Positions 8,385 to 17,301 of a DNA stretch of 64,000 bases are shown piece after piece. The stretch comes from Rhodoferax sp. (GTDB lineage: Bacteria; Pseudomonadota; Gammaproteobacteria; Burkholderiales; Burkholderiaceae_C): assembly GCA_021738345.1 (NCBI GenBank), contig JAIPCE010000001.1, positions 3,596 to 67,595 of the forward strand. The letters are read 5' to 3'. Both the position numbers and the translations under genes were made by a program. Each line of letters starts with the position of its first letter. The stretch's first letter is position 1. The notes beneath the pieces are model-generated. The model saw only the letters and a program-made list of their open reading frames with translations. It did not search any database and was not told the DNA's origin.

Positions 8385-10340
8385 TTAATGGCGGGTCCTG
8401 TTGCGCCGCCTGGCAAACCAGTAAATTGCCAGGCCGACCACAATGCCTGGCGCCAGCACGGGAAACAAGGAGATCAGAACCACCAGAGGAATGAAGAGCA
8501 GCAACGCCGCGAAGAAAAACCCCAGCCCATACAACAGCGCTACTACAAACAAGATCACCAGCGCCACCACCCCAAACGCGGCCAGCAATCCGACCGAGCC
8601 CAGGGCCATGCCTTCCAGGCCGTCCAAGTGCAGGTGGCCCACCTGCACCGGCATCCAGCCGGCGTACAGGGCGACCAGGCCAAGCAAAAATGCCACGCAC
8701 AGTACGCTCATCAAGACAATGAAGGTGCGCGCGACCACCCGGCTCCAGGCACTATGCGACTGGCTACCAAACCTGCGGGCGCGCATCCAGCCCGACTGGA
8801 CCGGCTGCAAAAGGGGCTTGGCGAGGCGACTTGGGGTGGCGTTTGGCTCTGCCGTTGGCACTTCGGTCGGTACATCGATGGTCGCAAGCACGCCGCGCGG
8901 AGCATTCGACTCAATGCTAAAGCGCGCATTGCCCGCGTAAATGGCTGCCAAGCGCTCCCGCACATTGGACAAACCCACACCGCCACCGGCGCGCACCGGT
9001 GCATCGGACAAGCCCCGCCCGGTGTCACGCACCTGCATCCGGATACGGTCGCCCGCCGGTGTGGTTTCACGCTCTACGACCACATCAATACGCCCGCCTT
9101 CACGCAGGGGCTCCAAGCCATGTTTTATGGCGTTTTCCACCAGTGAGGGCAACATCATGGGTGGAAATGAATTGCGCAGCACATCCGGCGGCGCAGAGAT
9201 CGAGAACTGCAGACGCTGCCCCATGCGCATCTGCAAAATATTGAGGTAGGCGCGCACCAATTCGAGTTCTTGCCCGACCGTCGAGGTGTTTTCGCGCATC
9301 TTGGGCAAGGCCGCGCGCAGGTAAGCAATCAAATGTCCGACCATCCGGTTCGCGGCCGCTGCGTCCACCTCGGTCAGCGCCTGCACATTCGCCAAGGTGT
9401 TGTATAAAAAATGCGGTTCCACTTGTGCTTGCAAAGCCTGCAAACGCGCTTCAGTGACCTGGCGACTCATGTGACTCAGTTGCGCTTCCTGGGTCTTTTC
9501 TTCGGCCACTGCCAGTGCACGGCGCGAACGGCCAAGAAAGTATTTGGCAATCAGCAGCACCACAAAAAGCGGGATAAACGCAAGAATCAACGCGGATCCG
9601 ACCCCAATGCGCCAGATGCCACTGTCCACCTTGTCACGTATTTCGCCGCGCAATCCCTCTGGCAAGACGGGAAGTCCGGCTTGTGCCGGAATGTCAATGA
9701 CTACCGCCCTGGAGCGCTTCGATGTTCCTGGATCAAAGGGCGGATTCTTCAGGATGGCGGTGATGGATTCCAGCGCCTCACGGGCCGCCTTTTCATTGTC
9801 GCTGGCCGTCTTGAGCATGCCATCAAAGGAACGCTCGGTGGCACTCGGATCAAGACCCCGATCACGCAGCAGCGCAATCGCATCATCGCGCGCCTCTTCC
9901 ACTGCCTCGCGCGCCTCGACGGCCGCATCCAGCGCGGCCTGTGCCGCATCCTGGGCCGCCACCATGGCGGCATCGGCGGAGTCCTTGGCAGACTCGCGCA
10001 CCGCTTTGCTGGCATCCGATTGGGCCGCCAACAAATCCTGTTTGGCGCGGGCGATCTCGGCCAGCGCCCGGCTCAGATCCACCTGGCGGTCGGGGTCGGT
10101 GGCGCGTGCGCGCATGGCACGCACCACCTCTTCCGCAAAATTCAGTGCGGTACCGCCAAATGCCATACTAATCTCGCGCTCAATCGCGCGTTTTTCCTGC
10201 GGCGTGGCGCCGGTGTCGTGCAAACGAATGACCTGAATCGGCACTGCAAACAGCACGAGGCCCAGCACCACGCCCAAGCCGCCAGAGACCAGTGCCCACC
10301 AGGGTGTTTTGTGGATGAATGTGCCGAGTGTTTTGAACAT
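8385..10340 (-). CDS. LytS/YehU-type sensor histidine kinase with extra C-terminal transmembrane tail
   Basis: LQAQVEPHFLYNTL H-box, LVENAIKHG N-box, DTGRG and GGGVGLSNVRERL G-boxes; two N-terminal TMs around an Ala-rich coiled coil; about 100 hydrophobic residues after the ATPase domain. Confidence 0.9.
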   Translation of the reverse strand: MFKTLGTFIHKTPWWALVSGGLGVVLGLVLFAVPIQVIRLHDTGATPQEKRAIEREISMAFGGTALNFAEEVVRAMRARATDPDRQVDLSRALAEIARAKQDLLAAQSDASKAVRESAKDSADAAMVAAQDAAQAALDAAVEAREAVEEARDDAIALLRDRGLDPSATERSFDGMLKTASDNEKAAREALESITAILKNPPFDPGTSKRSRAVVIDIPAQAGLPVLPEGLRGEIRDKVDSGIWRIGVGSALILAFIPLFVVLLIAKYFLGRSRRALAVAEEKTQEAQLSHMSRQVTEARLQALQAQVEPHFLYNTLANVQALTEVDAAAANRMVGHLIAYLRAALPKMRENTSTVGQELELVRAYLNILQMRMGQRLQFSISAPPDVLRNSFPPMMLPSLVENAIKHGLEPLREGGRIDVVVERETTPAGDRIRMQVRDTGRGLSDAPVRAGGGVGLSNVRERLAAIYAGNARFSIESNAPRGVLATIDVPTEVPTAEPNATPSRLAKPLLQPVQSGWMRARRFGSQSHSAWSRVVARTFIVLMSVLCVAFLLGLVALYAGWMPVQVGHLHLDGLEGMALGSVGLLAAFGVVALVILFVVALLYGLGFFFAALLLFIPLVVLISLFPVLAPGIVVGLAIYWFARRRNRTRH

Positions 10341-10555
10341 GTTTGCCAAGTCTCTGTGTTGCTGCTATCCAAGCTTGCTGACGGTTGCGCTGCGCTTAAT
10401 CAACCTACGACTGCCAGCTTAATAGACCGCGGTCGCGTCCTGCCAGCGCAAAGCGACGGTCGACAGAATTCATGGGCTGAATCGACCAGAACAGTGCGAA
10501 ATGCGTGGTCCGTGGTCAATCGCACTGGTTTAATCGCAATTGCTTACTCAATCGC

Positions 10556-10613
10556 CCATTCGCCCTGAGCCCGTCGAAGGGCCAAAAGACTTCGACGAGC
10601 TCAGCCCGAACGG
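10556..10613. repeat. REP-like palindromic element
   Basis: CCATTCG-CC-CTGAGC-CC-GTCGAAG...CTTCGAC-GA-GCTCAG-CC-CGAACGG interrupted hairpin; resembles the CCTGAGCNNGTCGAAGG REP type as recalled from Proteobacteria. Confidence 0.75.
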
Positions 10614-10646
10614 AGATCAACAGTACCAATGGTGGTGCATTGCGCC

Positions 10647-12080
10647 TCAGAGCCGTACCAGACTGCGATAGACCAGCTTGGTGCTGCCTTCGGCGGGGAC
10701 GGTCAGTTTCCAGATCGCCGTGTTGCTCGAACCCTTGCGGTGGGGGTGGCTCTCGCTGACCACTTGCCAGTCACCGGGCATGGGCTCTTGTAGCGTCACC
10801 TGCACTGGCTCATTTTTGGCGTTCCTGAGCACAATTTCGTAGGCACTCTCAAACAGCGCGTTGTATTTTCCGCTGCCGGGCATGCGCTTGAAATCGGTCT
10901 GGGTTTTGTCGGCGGTCACATCGAACGCGTTGCCAAGTTTCAGCCGCAGCGTTGCATTCTTGGGCGTATGGTCAATGGCGTCTTCACCGATGAATTGGGC
11001 ATTGCCACGGGAGTCTTTTTTGTACACACGAACGATGCCCTTGGGCAGCGGCATGCCGAGCTGGGCTTTCTCGGCATTGTCAAACTCGAGAAACACTCCG
11101 ACTTTCAACTTTTGACCCAGGTCCCCAACGCTGCTCTGGTAGTAGTAATCTGCCCCACGCAGGAGCAGCTCCTTGCGCACCGGCACGCCAGACGCGGTCA
11201 GCAAGGCGACCTGCTTGGTCTGATTTTCGGCAATCGTCGTCGGCTGGCTTAGCGAGTACAGATGGTATTCAAATAGCGACTCCTGTCTCATCTCAGCTCT
11301 GGCCACTGGCGCAGCCGACATCACGACACCCTTGGCCTGGTTCTGAAAGCGCTGGGACACTTGGTTGACATCGCCCGCCACGAGTTGCAGACGCGCATTG
11401 GGATAGCTAGCACCGCTGGTGTTGGTGAGCGTGACCCAACCGGAGATGTCCAGCATATCTTCGGCCGCGCCAAGCTCCACCACGTAGTCCGCGCGCCAGG
11501 CCAGGCCAGCGGTCAGATAACTCAACTCTGCCGTCTGCTGCAGGGGGCCAGAGTTGTCGAGCGACATCACCAGCGTCGGGCGGTCGCGCAGATTGCGTGG
11601 TACGTCACCGTACACGATGCGCCCGGGTACGCCGGTTTCGATGCGATCGCCAATTCTGAGCACCACGCCACTGTTTGCAGACAGTACCTCAGCCGTTTCT
11701 ATGGTCTCGACGCCAGTAATCGGCTGGGTGCGAACCACCTGAACTGTCCTGCCCACATATTTCTCCAACAATTTTTGTGGTGTCAGCAAGTCAAAGTCGA
11801 AGTTCTGCTCCCGGACCAACAGGCTGCCAGGTGCAGAGATGCTGCGCAACAAAGCGGTTTCTGCGCGTATGCGGGCGCTGACATCCCTAAATGCCAAGGC
11901 CGAAGGTCCCCGCGGAAGCAGCAGGCTACGCTGGTCTTTCACCAATGCCAAATTCTCGTTGTAAATAGTGACCGCTACCTCCTTTTGGTCCGCCGCCGTG
12001 CTGCGCTGCTCATTGACCTGGGCCAACACGGCACCCGAAATAGCAGTACTCAGGGCATACAGAATAATCGTGCGTTTCAT
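10647..12080 (-). CDS. Exported DUF4139-type protein
   Basis: AGGAG RBS, signal peptide, VAVTIYNENLALVKDQR, FDFDLLTPQKLLEKYVG, LSYLTAGLAWRADY, LFEYHLY. Confidence 0.8.
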   Translation of the reverse strand: MKRTIILYALSTAISGAVLAQVNEQRSTAADQKEVAVTIYNENLALVKDQRSLLLPRGPSALAFRDVSARIRAETALLRSISAPGSLLVREQNFDFDLLTPQKLLEKYVGRTVQVVRTQPITGVETIETAEVLSANSGVVLRIGDRIETGVPGRIVYGDVPRNLRDRPTLVMSLDNSGPLQQTAELSYLTAGLAWRADYVVELGAAEDMLDISGWVTLTNTSGASYPNARLQLVAGDVNQVSQRFQNQAKGVVMSAAPVARAEMRQESLFEYHLYSLSQPTTIAENQTKQVALLTASGVPVRKELLLRGADYYYQSSVGDLGQKLKVGVFLEFDNAEKAQLGMPLPKGIVRVYKKDSRGNAQFIGEDAIDHTPKNATLRLKLGNAFDVTADKTQTDFKRMPGSGKYNALFESAYEIVLRNAKNEPVQVTLQEPMPGDWQVVSESHPHRKGSSNTAIWKLTVPAEGSTKLVYRSLVRL

Positions 12081-12172
12081 GGGTTCTCCTCTGGGCTAGT
12101 GCGCACACCATAAAATTGCAGCTTACCATCGCGCCGAGCCATTCCCACCGACCCGCCTCTTTAAGGACTTTC

Positions 12173-13981
12173 ATGGACACCCGCACCCACCCCATTGCAC
12201 AGCGCATTGCCCGTATTCGAGAAGTCCTGAAACACCATGGTGCCAGCGCCGTGCTGGTGCCATCGGCCGATCCGCACCTGTCCGAATACCTGCCCGAGCG
12301 CTGGCAATGCCGCGAGTGGGCCAGCGGATTTACCGGGTCCATGGGCACCTTGGTGGTGGGTCTGGAACATGCGGTCCTGTTCGCGGATAGCCGTTACTGG
12401 AGTCAGGCAGAAGCAGAGCTGCGCGGCACCGGAATTCAACTGGAAAAAATCCCTACTGGTGCCGCGACACACCACATCGATTGGCTCGCCCGGCATGCAG
12501 GCCAGGCTGGAGTCGTGCTGGTAGACGGCCAGGTCCTCGGCTTGGCGGCAGAAAAGGCCTTGCGCACCGCGCTCGATGCAGTGGACGCCAGTTTGCGCAC
12601 CGATGTCGATGTGTTTGATTCGGTCTGGGAAGATCGCCCTGCGGTACCCCTGGACCCGGTTTATGCGCATTTGCCGCCGCATGCCGAACAATCGCGCACC
12701 GACAAGTTGGCACGGGTGCGCGCAGCCATGGCCGAGAAGCAATGTGGTCTGCACTTTGTCTCTAGTGTGGACGACATCGCCTGGATCCTTAACCTGCGTG
12801 GCACCGATGTCAGTTTTAACCCGGTGTTCATTGCCCATCTGCTGGTCACTGCGCAACAATGCACACTGTTTATCACGCTAGGCAAAATCGACGCTGCCCT
12901 GCAGGCCCAACTTGCCGCCGACGGCATCACCTTGGCCAATTACAGCGATGCACCATCGGCGCTGGCGGCGCTGCCAGCGGGTGCGCGCGTGTTGCTCGAC
13001 CCGCGCCGGGTGACTTTTGGTTTGCGCCAGAACCTGCAAGCGGGCGCGGTGGTGGTCGAGGCCGTTAACCCCAGCACACTGTTCAAAAGCCGCAAAACCG
13101 ATGTTGAGGCCGACTTCATACGCCAGGCCATGCGCGAAGACGGTGCCGCCATGTGCGAGTTTTACGCCTGGTTTGAAAAGGCACTGTTTACGCAGCCGCT
13201 CACCGAGATCGACGTCGCCGAACACCTCAGTGCCGCCCGTGCCAGACGCTCCGGCTTCAAGGACCTGAGCTTTCCGGTGATTGCCGGCTTCAACGCCAAT
13301 GGCGCCCTACCCCACTACCGCGCCACACCCGAGTCGCATGCAACGATTCAGGGCAACGGCTTTCTGCTCATCGACTCGGGCAGTCAATATCTGGGTGGCA
13401 CCACCGACATCACGCGCACCTGGGCGCTCGGCGCAGTCACCGACAGCCAGCGACGTGGCTACACCGCCGTGTTGAAAGGCACGCTGGCACTCAGTCGAAC
13501 CGTCTTCCCGCTGGGAACGCTGTCACCATTTCTCGATGCGATTGCGCGCACGCCGCTCTGGGCTGAGGGCCTCGACTATTTCCACGGCACGGGCCACGGC
13601 GTAGGCTATTTTCTGAACGTACACGAGGGCCCGCAAAGTATCAGCCGAGCCACCCCCGAGCCGCAGCACGCAATGCTGCCTGGCATGCTTACGTCCATTG
13701 AACCCGGCCTTTACCGTGAGGGGCAATGGGGTGTGCGGATCGAAAATCTGGTGCTCAATGTGCCGTTCAGCACCCCTGAAAACGATAGCTTTGGCCAGAT
13801 GCTCGCTTTTGAGACGCTCACGCTGTGCCCGATTGACCTGTCGTGCATTGAACGTAGCATGCTGCGCCAGGACGAAATCGACTGGCTCAACCAGTACCAC
13901 GCCACGGTCCGTGAGCGCCTCAGACCTCTGCTCCAGGGCGACGCCCTGGCCTGGCTGGAACGGCGAACGTATGCGATTTAG
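12173..13981 (+). CDS. Aminopeptidase P family (M24B, about 600 aa type)
   Basis: DPHLSEY, SGFTGS, LIDSGSQYLGGTTDITRT, HGTGHGVG...VHEGP, SIEPGLY, GVRIEN metal ligands. Confidence 0.93.
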   Translation: MDTRTHPIAQRIARIREVLKHHGASAVLVPSADPHLSEYLPERWQCREWASGFTGSMGTLVVGLEHAVLFADSRYWSQAEAELRGTGIQLEKIPTGAATHHIDWLARHAGQAGVVLVDGQVLGLAAEKALRTALDAVDASLRTDVDVFDSVWEDRPAVPLDPVYAHLPPHAEQSRTDKLARVRAAMAEKQCGLHFVSSVDDIAWILNLRGTDVSFNPVFIAHLLVTAQQCTLFITLGKIDAALQAQLAADGITLANYSDAPSALAALPAGARVLLDPRRVTFGLRQNLQAGAVVVEAVNPSTLFKSRKTDVEADFIRQAMREDGAAMCEFYAWFEKALFTQPLTEIDVAEHLSAARARRSGFKDLSFPVIAGFNANGALPHYRATPESHATIQGNGFLLIDSGSQYLGGTTDITRTWALGAVTDSQRRGYTAVLKGTLALSRTVFPLGTLSPFLDAIARTPLWAEGLDYFHGTGHGVGYFLNVHEGPQSISRATPEPQHAMLPGMLTSIEPGLYREGQWGVRIENLVLNVPFSTPENDSFGQMLAFETLTLCPIDLSCIERSMLRQDEIDWLNQYHATVRERLRPLLQGDALAWLERRTYAI

Positions 13982-14015
13982 TAGCATTGTCGGAGATACG
14001 CTGCGGTGCATTGGC

Positions 14016-14021
14016 TACAAT
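14016..14021 (+). promoter_or_regulatory. -10 box of ffs
   Basis: TACAAT ends 4 nt before the SRP RNA terminal stem. Confidence 0.6.
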
Positions 14022-14025
14022 ACGC

Positions 14026-14125
14026 GTTGACGGGCCTTCCCGCATGGTGAAGCGGCCAACCGGGTCAGGTGGGGAACCAAGCAGCCCTAACTGTAGAGCC
14101 AGTGCCGGGGTCAAGGCTCGTCAAC
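14026..14125 (+). ncRNA. ffs: Signal recognition particle 4.5S RNA
   Basis: Terminal stem GTTGACGGGCCTT/AAGGCTCGTCAAC; conserved core GGTCAGG-TGG-GGAA-CCA-AGCAGCC with GGAA tetraloop. Confidence 0.93.
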
Positions 14126-14601
14126 CCCCATTCGTAAAGCCAGAAAGTCGGCGCTCCCGTCCCGAAGCACGGTCACAGATGGCACCCTCCTTTTAATACT
14201 CCGGGCCGACGGCATGGGCGCCGAGTGCCGTCCATGGCGAGTGGAGGCAACTCCTTGCTGGCGGGGTCGGTCTGGATCACTGCACGCTTGAAAAACTGCA
14301 GTGTGTTCAGTGGTAGCGTAGTGTCCATAAACCTGCGAATTCCTCGTGTAAGTCAAGACCAGCCTTTCATGATCATTCTGCGAGAAGCCAAAGCGGACGT
14401 TAAGGATATACTTTTCTGCCTAGGATTTATTGAACACAAATCTACTTGGGCGGTTACTAGAACAGCTTGGCGTGAGTCAGCCCTGTTTTGCCGGTCAAGA
14501 ATAGGTCGATGGGACCCGTTGCCTTTGCTTGAGGTGAAACACGTCGCGATGGGCCCCCGTAACATTTGTGTCGCAGACGTGCATTGATGAGGAAACCAGC
14601 G

Positions 14602-16344
14602 ATGACATCCGTACCCCAGCCTCCGAACAGGATAGATTTTGACCGAGAGTTCCGCGCCCAGATCGCGAAGTTAACAGGCGGGCTTTCGCCAACGGCGTTT
14701 TCGAGCGCGTGGGCCGACTGGGCTGCACATTTGGCGATCTCACCTTCACGACAGCTTGAACTCAGGAAGGAATTGCTTTCTCGAACCGAAGACACATGGA
14801 GCTTCGCGCTTAAAGCTATGACAGGCGCGCCCGTAGCACCTAGTGAAGGATTTGACGGTGCATCGGATGCACGCTTTGGCAAAGTGGATTGGACAAAATG
14901 GCCGTTCAACGTCTACGCGAGGGCGTATCAAAACAGTGTCGCGCTGGTCAACAAGGCAGTTGAAGGTGTGGATGGGGTTGACCCATACCAGGAAAAATTG
15001 GTTCAGTTTTCGGTGCGGATGTTGTTGGACACTAGCGCGCCATCGAACTACCTTGGCACCAACCCTGAACTGTTGGCTCTCACCCAATCGGAAAAAGGCC
15101 AGAATTTGGTTCGTGGAATGCGGAATTGGCTTAAGGACCTCAAGAGCACCCTGGATGGTGCTCCCCCGGAAGGAACCGATGAGTTTGAAGTTGGCCGAAC
15201 CGTTGCGGTCACACCCGGGAAGGTCATCTTCCGTAACGACCTGATTGAACTGATCCAGTATTCACCTACGACAAAAACGACTTACGCGGAGCCGCTACTC
15301 ATCGTTCCCGCGTGGATCATGAAATACTACATACTGGACCTGAGTCCGAAAAACTCACTCGTGAAGTTTCTCGTGGATCAGGGTCACACTGTGTTCATGA
15401 TCTCTTGGAAGAACCCAAGTCCGGTGGATCGCGATGTAAGCATGGATGACTACCTGAACAAGGGGTTTCGGGCAGCACTTGATGCAGTAACAACCGTTGT
15501 GCCCGATCGCAAAGTGCATTCAGTGGGCTACTGCATTGGCGGAACGTTGCTATCAATTGGCGCGGCGATGCTGGCTCACGAACGCGATGAGCGTCTCGCT
15601 TCGGTTACCTTGTTTGCCGCGCAGGCTGACTTCTCTGAACCGGGCGAGTTAGCCTACTTTATCAATGCAAGCCAGTTAGCCATGCTGGAGGCAACCATGT
15701 ACAAAAAGGGAGTACTTGAGAGTGCTCAAATGGGGGGTGCATTTGCACTTCTGCGGTCAAAAGATTTGATCTGGCAGCCCATCATCAATAACTACCTCAA
15801 GGGGCAACGCGATACGATGATTGACCTGATGGCGTGGAATGCGGATGGCACTCGCATGCCTTACCGGATGCACACGGAGTACCTCCATCGTCTCTATTTG
15901 AATAACGAACTTGCCTCCAACAAATTTTCTTTGAATGGACAAGTGATCACGCTGTCGGACATCAGCGTTCCCATGTTTGTAGTTGGCACCGAGGCGGATC
16001 ATGTTGCACCGTGGACTTCGGTTTACAAAATTGGCAATCTGGTCCGGTCTGACGATTACTCCTTCTTACTGACCTCGGGCGGCCACAACGCAGGCATTAT
16101 TGCCGGCCCCGTCCATCCAAAACGACACTTCCGACTGAAAACCAAGCGACTGAAAGCAGCGCACATCGAAAACCAGGAATGGTTGCAGACAACAGAAAAG
16201 CAACCGGGTTCATGGTGGCCAGCGTGGCAGCAATGGCTGCAGGCACATTCCAGTGGTCAAACCGAGCCCCCTCAACTTGGGGCGTCACGTAAAGGCTATC
16301 GATCTATCGAAGACGCGCCCGGCAGTTACGTGAAACAACGGTAG
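14602..16344 (+). CDS. phaC: Polyhydroxyalkanoate synthase (class I-like, with N-terminal LTGGLSP domain)
   Basis: GAGGA RBS; PSNYLGTNP, TPGKVIFRN, PAWIMKYYILDL, catalytic GYCIGG, DHVAPW, GGHNAG. Confidence 0.9.
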   Translation: MTSVPQPPNRIDFDREFRAQIAKLTGGLSPTAFSSAWADWAAHLAISPSRQLELRKELLSRTEDTWSFALKAMTGAPVAPSEGFDGASDARFGKVDWTKWPFNVYARAYQNSVALVNKAVEGVDGVDPYQEKLVQFSVRMLLDTSAPSNYLGTNPELLALTQSEKGQNLVRGMRNWLKDLKSTLDGAPPEGTDEFEVGRTVAVTPGKVIFRNDLIELIQYSPTTKTTYAEPLLIVPAWIMKYYILDLSPKNSLVKFLVDQGHTVFMISWKNPSPVDRDVSMDDYLNKGFRAALDAVTTVVPDRKVHSVGYCIGGTLLSIGAAMLAHERDERLASVTLFAAQADFSEPGELAYFINASQLAMLEATMYKKGVLESAQMGGAFALLRSKDLIWQPIINNYLKGQRDTMIDLMAWNADGTRMPYRMHTEYLHRLYLNNELASNKFSLNGQVITLSDISVPMFVVGTEADHVAPWTSVYKIGNLVRSDDYSFLLTSGGHNAGIIAGPVHPKRHFRLKTKRLKAAHIENQEWLQTTEKQPGSWWPAWQQWLQAHSSGQTEPPQLGASRKGYRSIEDAPGSYVKQR

Positions 16345-16606
16345 GTTGCCAATAGTCGACCTGGGACTAACGCAATCTGATTGCCAGTCTCAGAGAAACA
16401 AATCGATTCAAGCCATCAGTGCCGTTGCTGGATGGAAGGGTCAGTTCGAGGGTGGAACAACGTACCCGCCTCCCAGCGATGCTTTCTGCTTTAGTCTCGT
16501 ATGAAAACTTGCCTGAGTGACCGGCACGGCTGTCAAGACGTGCTGCAGTGTTTACTGCATCCCATGCACGGTGTTAGGCCTCAGCGTGCGGTGTGTGGCA
16601 ACAGGG

Positions 16607-17020
16607 CTACTGCTTAAGCATTTCGTAAATGCCACTTTTTCCGGTTTTGAGGTTATTCCAGGTCACCTTGGCTGTCCTGCCGCTGGAATCGACTTGCATG
16701 CGCATCGTGAGCCACTCCTTGCCACTCTTCTTGTTGGTTTCGACCAGCGTGCCATTGTCAAGCATCACGACCGAGACCGTATCAACATCCTTGTCCCCTT
16801 TGACCGGCGCGTCGCTGCCATCAAGTTTCGCGGTGTATCCGACACCGGAGCTAGCCGCCATAGTGACGCTGCCGCTCTCGGTCCTGAAGCTTACGATTTC
16901 GTCCGAATCTTTTGACCTCCATCGCCCGTCAATGGCTGATTGCGCAGTAGCCAGCAGCGGCAACAGCACGATGCATGCAACTAATGCGTTTAGTGACCAT
17001 TTAATACTGATTCTCATCAT
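16607..17020 (-). CDS. Secreted hypothetical protein, beta-strand rich (lipocalin-like guess)
   Basis: AAAGGA/AGGA RBS, signal peptide ending ATA-Q, YTAKLDGSDAPVKGDKDVDTVSV core. Confidence 0.75.
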   Translation of the reverse strand: MMRISIKWSLNALVACIVLLPLLATAQSAIDGRWRSKDSDEIVSFRTESGSVTMAASSGVGYTAKLDGSDAPVKGDKDVDTVSVVMLDNGTLVETNKKSGKEWLTMRMQVDSSGRTAKVTWNNLKTGKSGIYEMLKQ

Positions 17021-17040
17021 GTCCTATTTCCTTTCGTCAT

Positions 17041-17241
17041 GACGATGGGCATGATGAGCGTGCCCGCGTGACGCTACCCAGGCTAAGTGATGAGGCGGTC
17101 ATTGAGCTGCATGATTTCATTCACTAGTTGCTTGATCGCTTTGAGGCGAGTTACGGCGCGCAGATTGATCGCTTTTACGAGGCGCTATGGGAAGACTCAA
17201 GGGACGACACTCTCGATGTAGGAATGCATTGGCCGTCTTAG
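17041..17241 (+). pseudogene. Remnant of a small acidic ORF with an internal TAG
   Basis: TLPRLSDEAVIELHDFIH*LLDRFEASYGAQIDRFYE, stop at 17125-17127; no start codon; followed by a terminator. Resemblance to small transposon-associated proteins is from memory only. Confidence 0.45.
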
Positions 17242-17262
17242 TACAGCGCCTGTCCAACTCAG

Positions 17263-17301
17263 CAACGCCGCCAGCGTCATGCATGGCGGCGTTGTCTTTT
17301 T
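17263..17301 (+). terminator. Intrinsic terminator
   Basis: 11 bp perfect stem CAACGCCGCCA/TGGCGGCGTTG followed by TCTTTTT. Confidence 0.7.

Noticed and set aside
9411-10568. 385 aa ORF antisense to the kinase, and similar long antisense or alternate-frame ORFs over dnaX, DUF4139, the EAL gene and the nuo genes
   Set aside because: Expected shadow ORFs of GC-rich coding sequence; no motifs and atypical composition.
14111-14587. Short ORFs between ffs and phaC (70-120 aa on both strands, plus a 51-codon minus-strand frame MDTTLPLNTLQFF...)
   Set aside because: No recognisable motif or RBS, they overlap one another, and one runs antisense into ffs.
16500-16580. attC-like start GCCTAAC on the minus strand (16579-16573), downstream of the 137 aa gene, with ACTCAGGC further on
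   Set aside because: No matching GTTRRRY end, no extended imperfect palindrome, and no integrase or second cassette; not supportable as an integron site.
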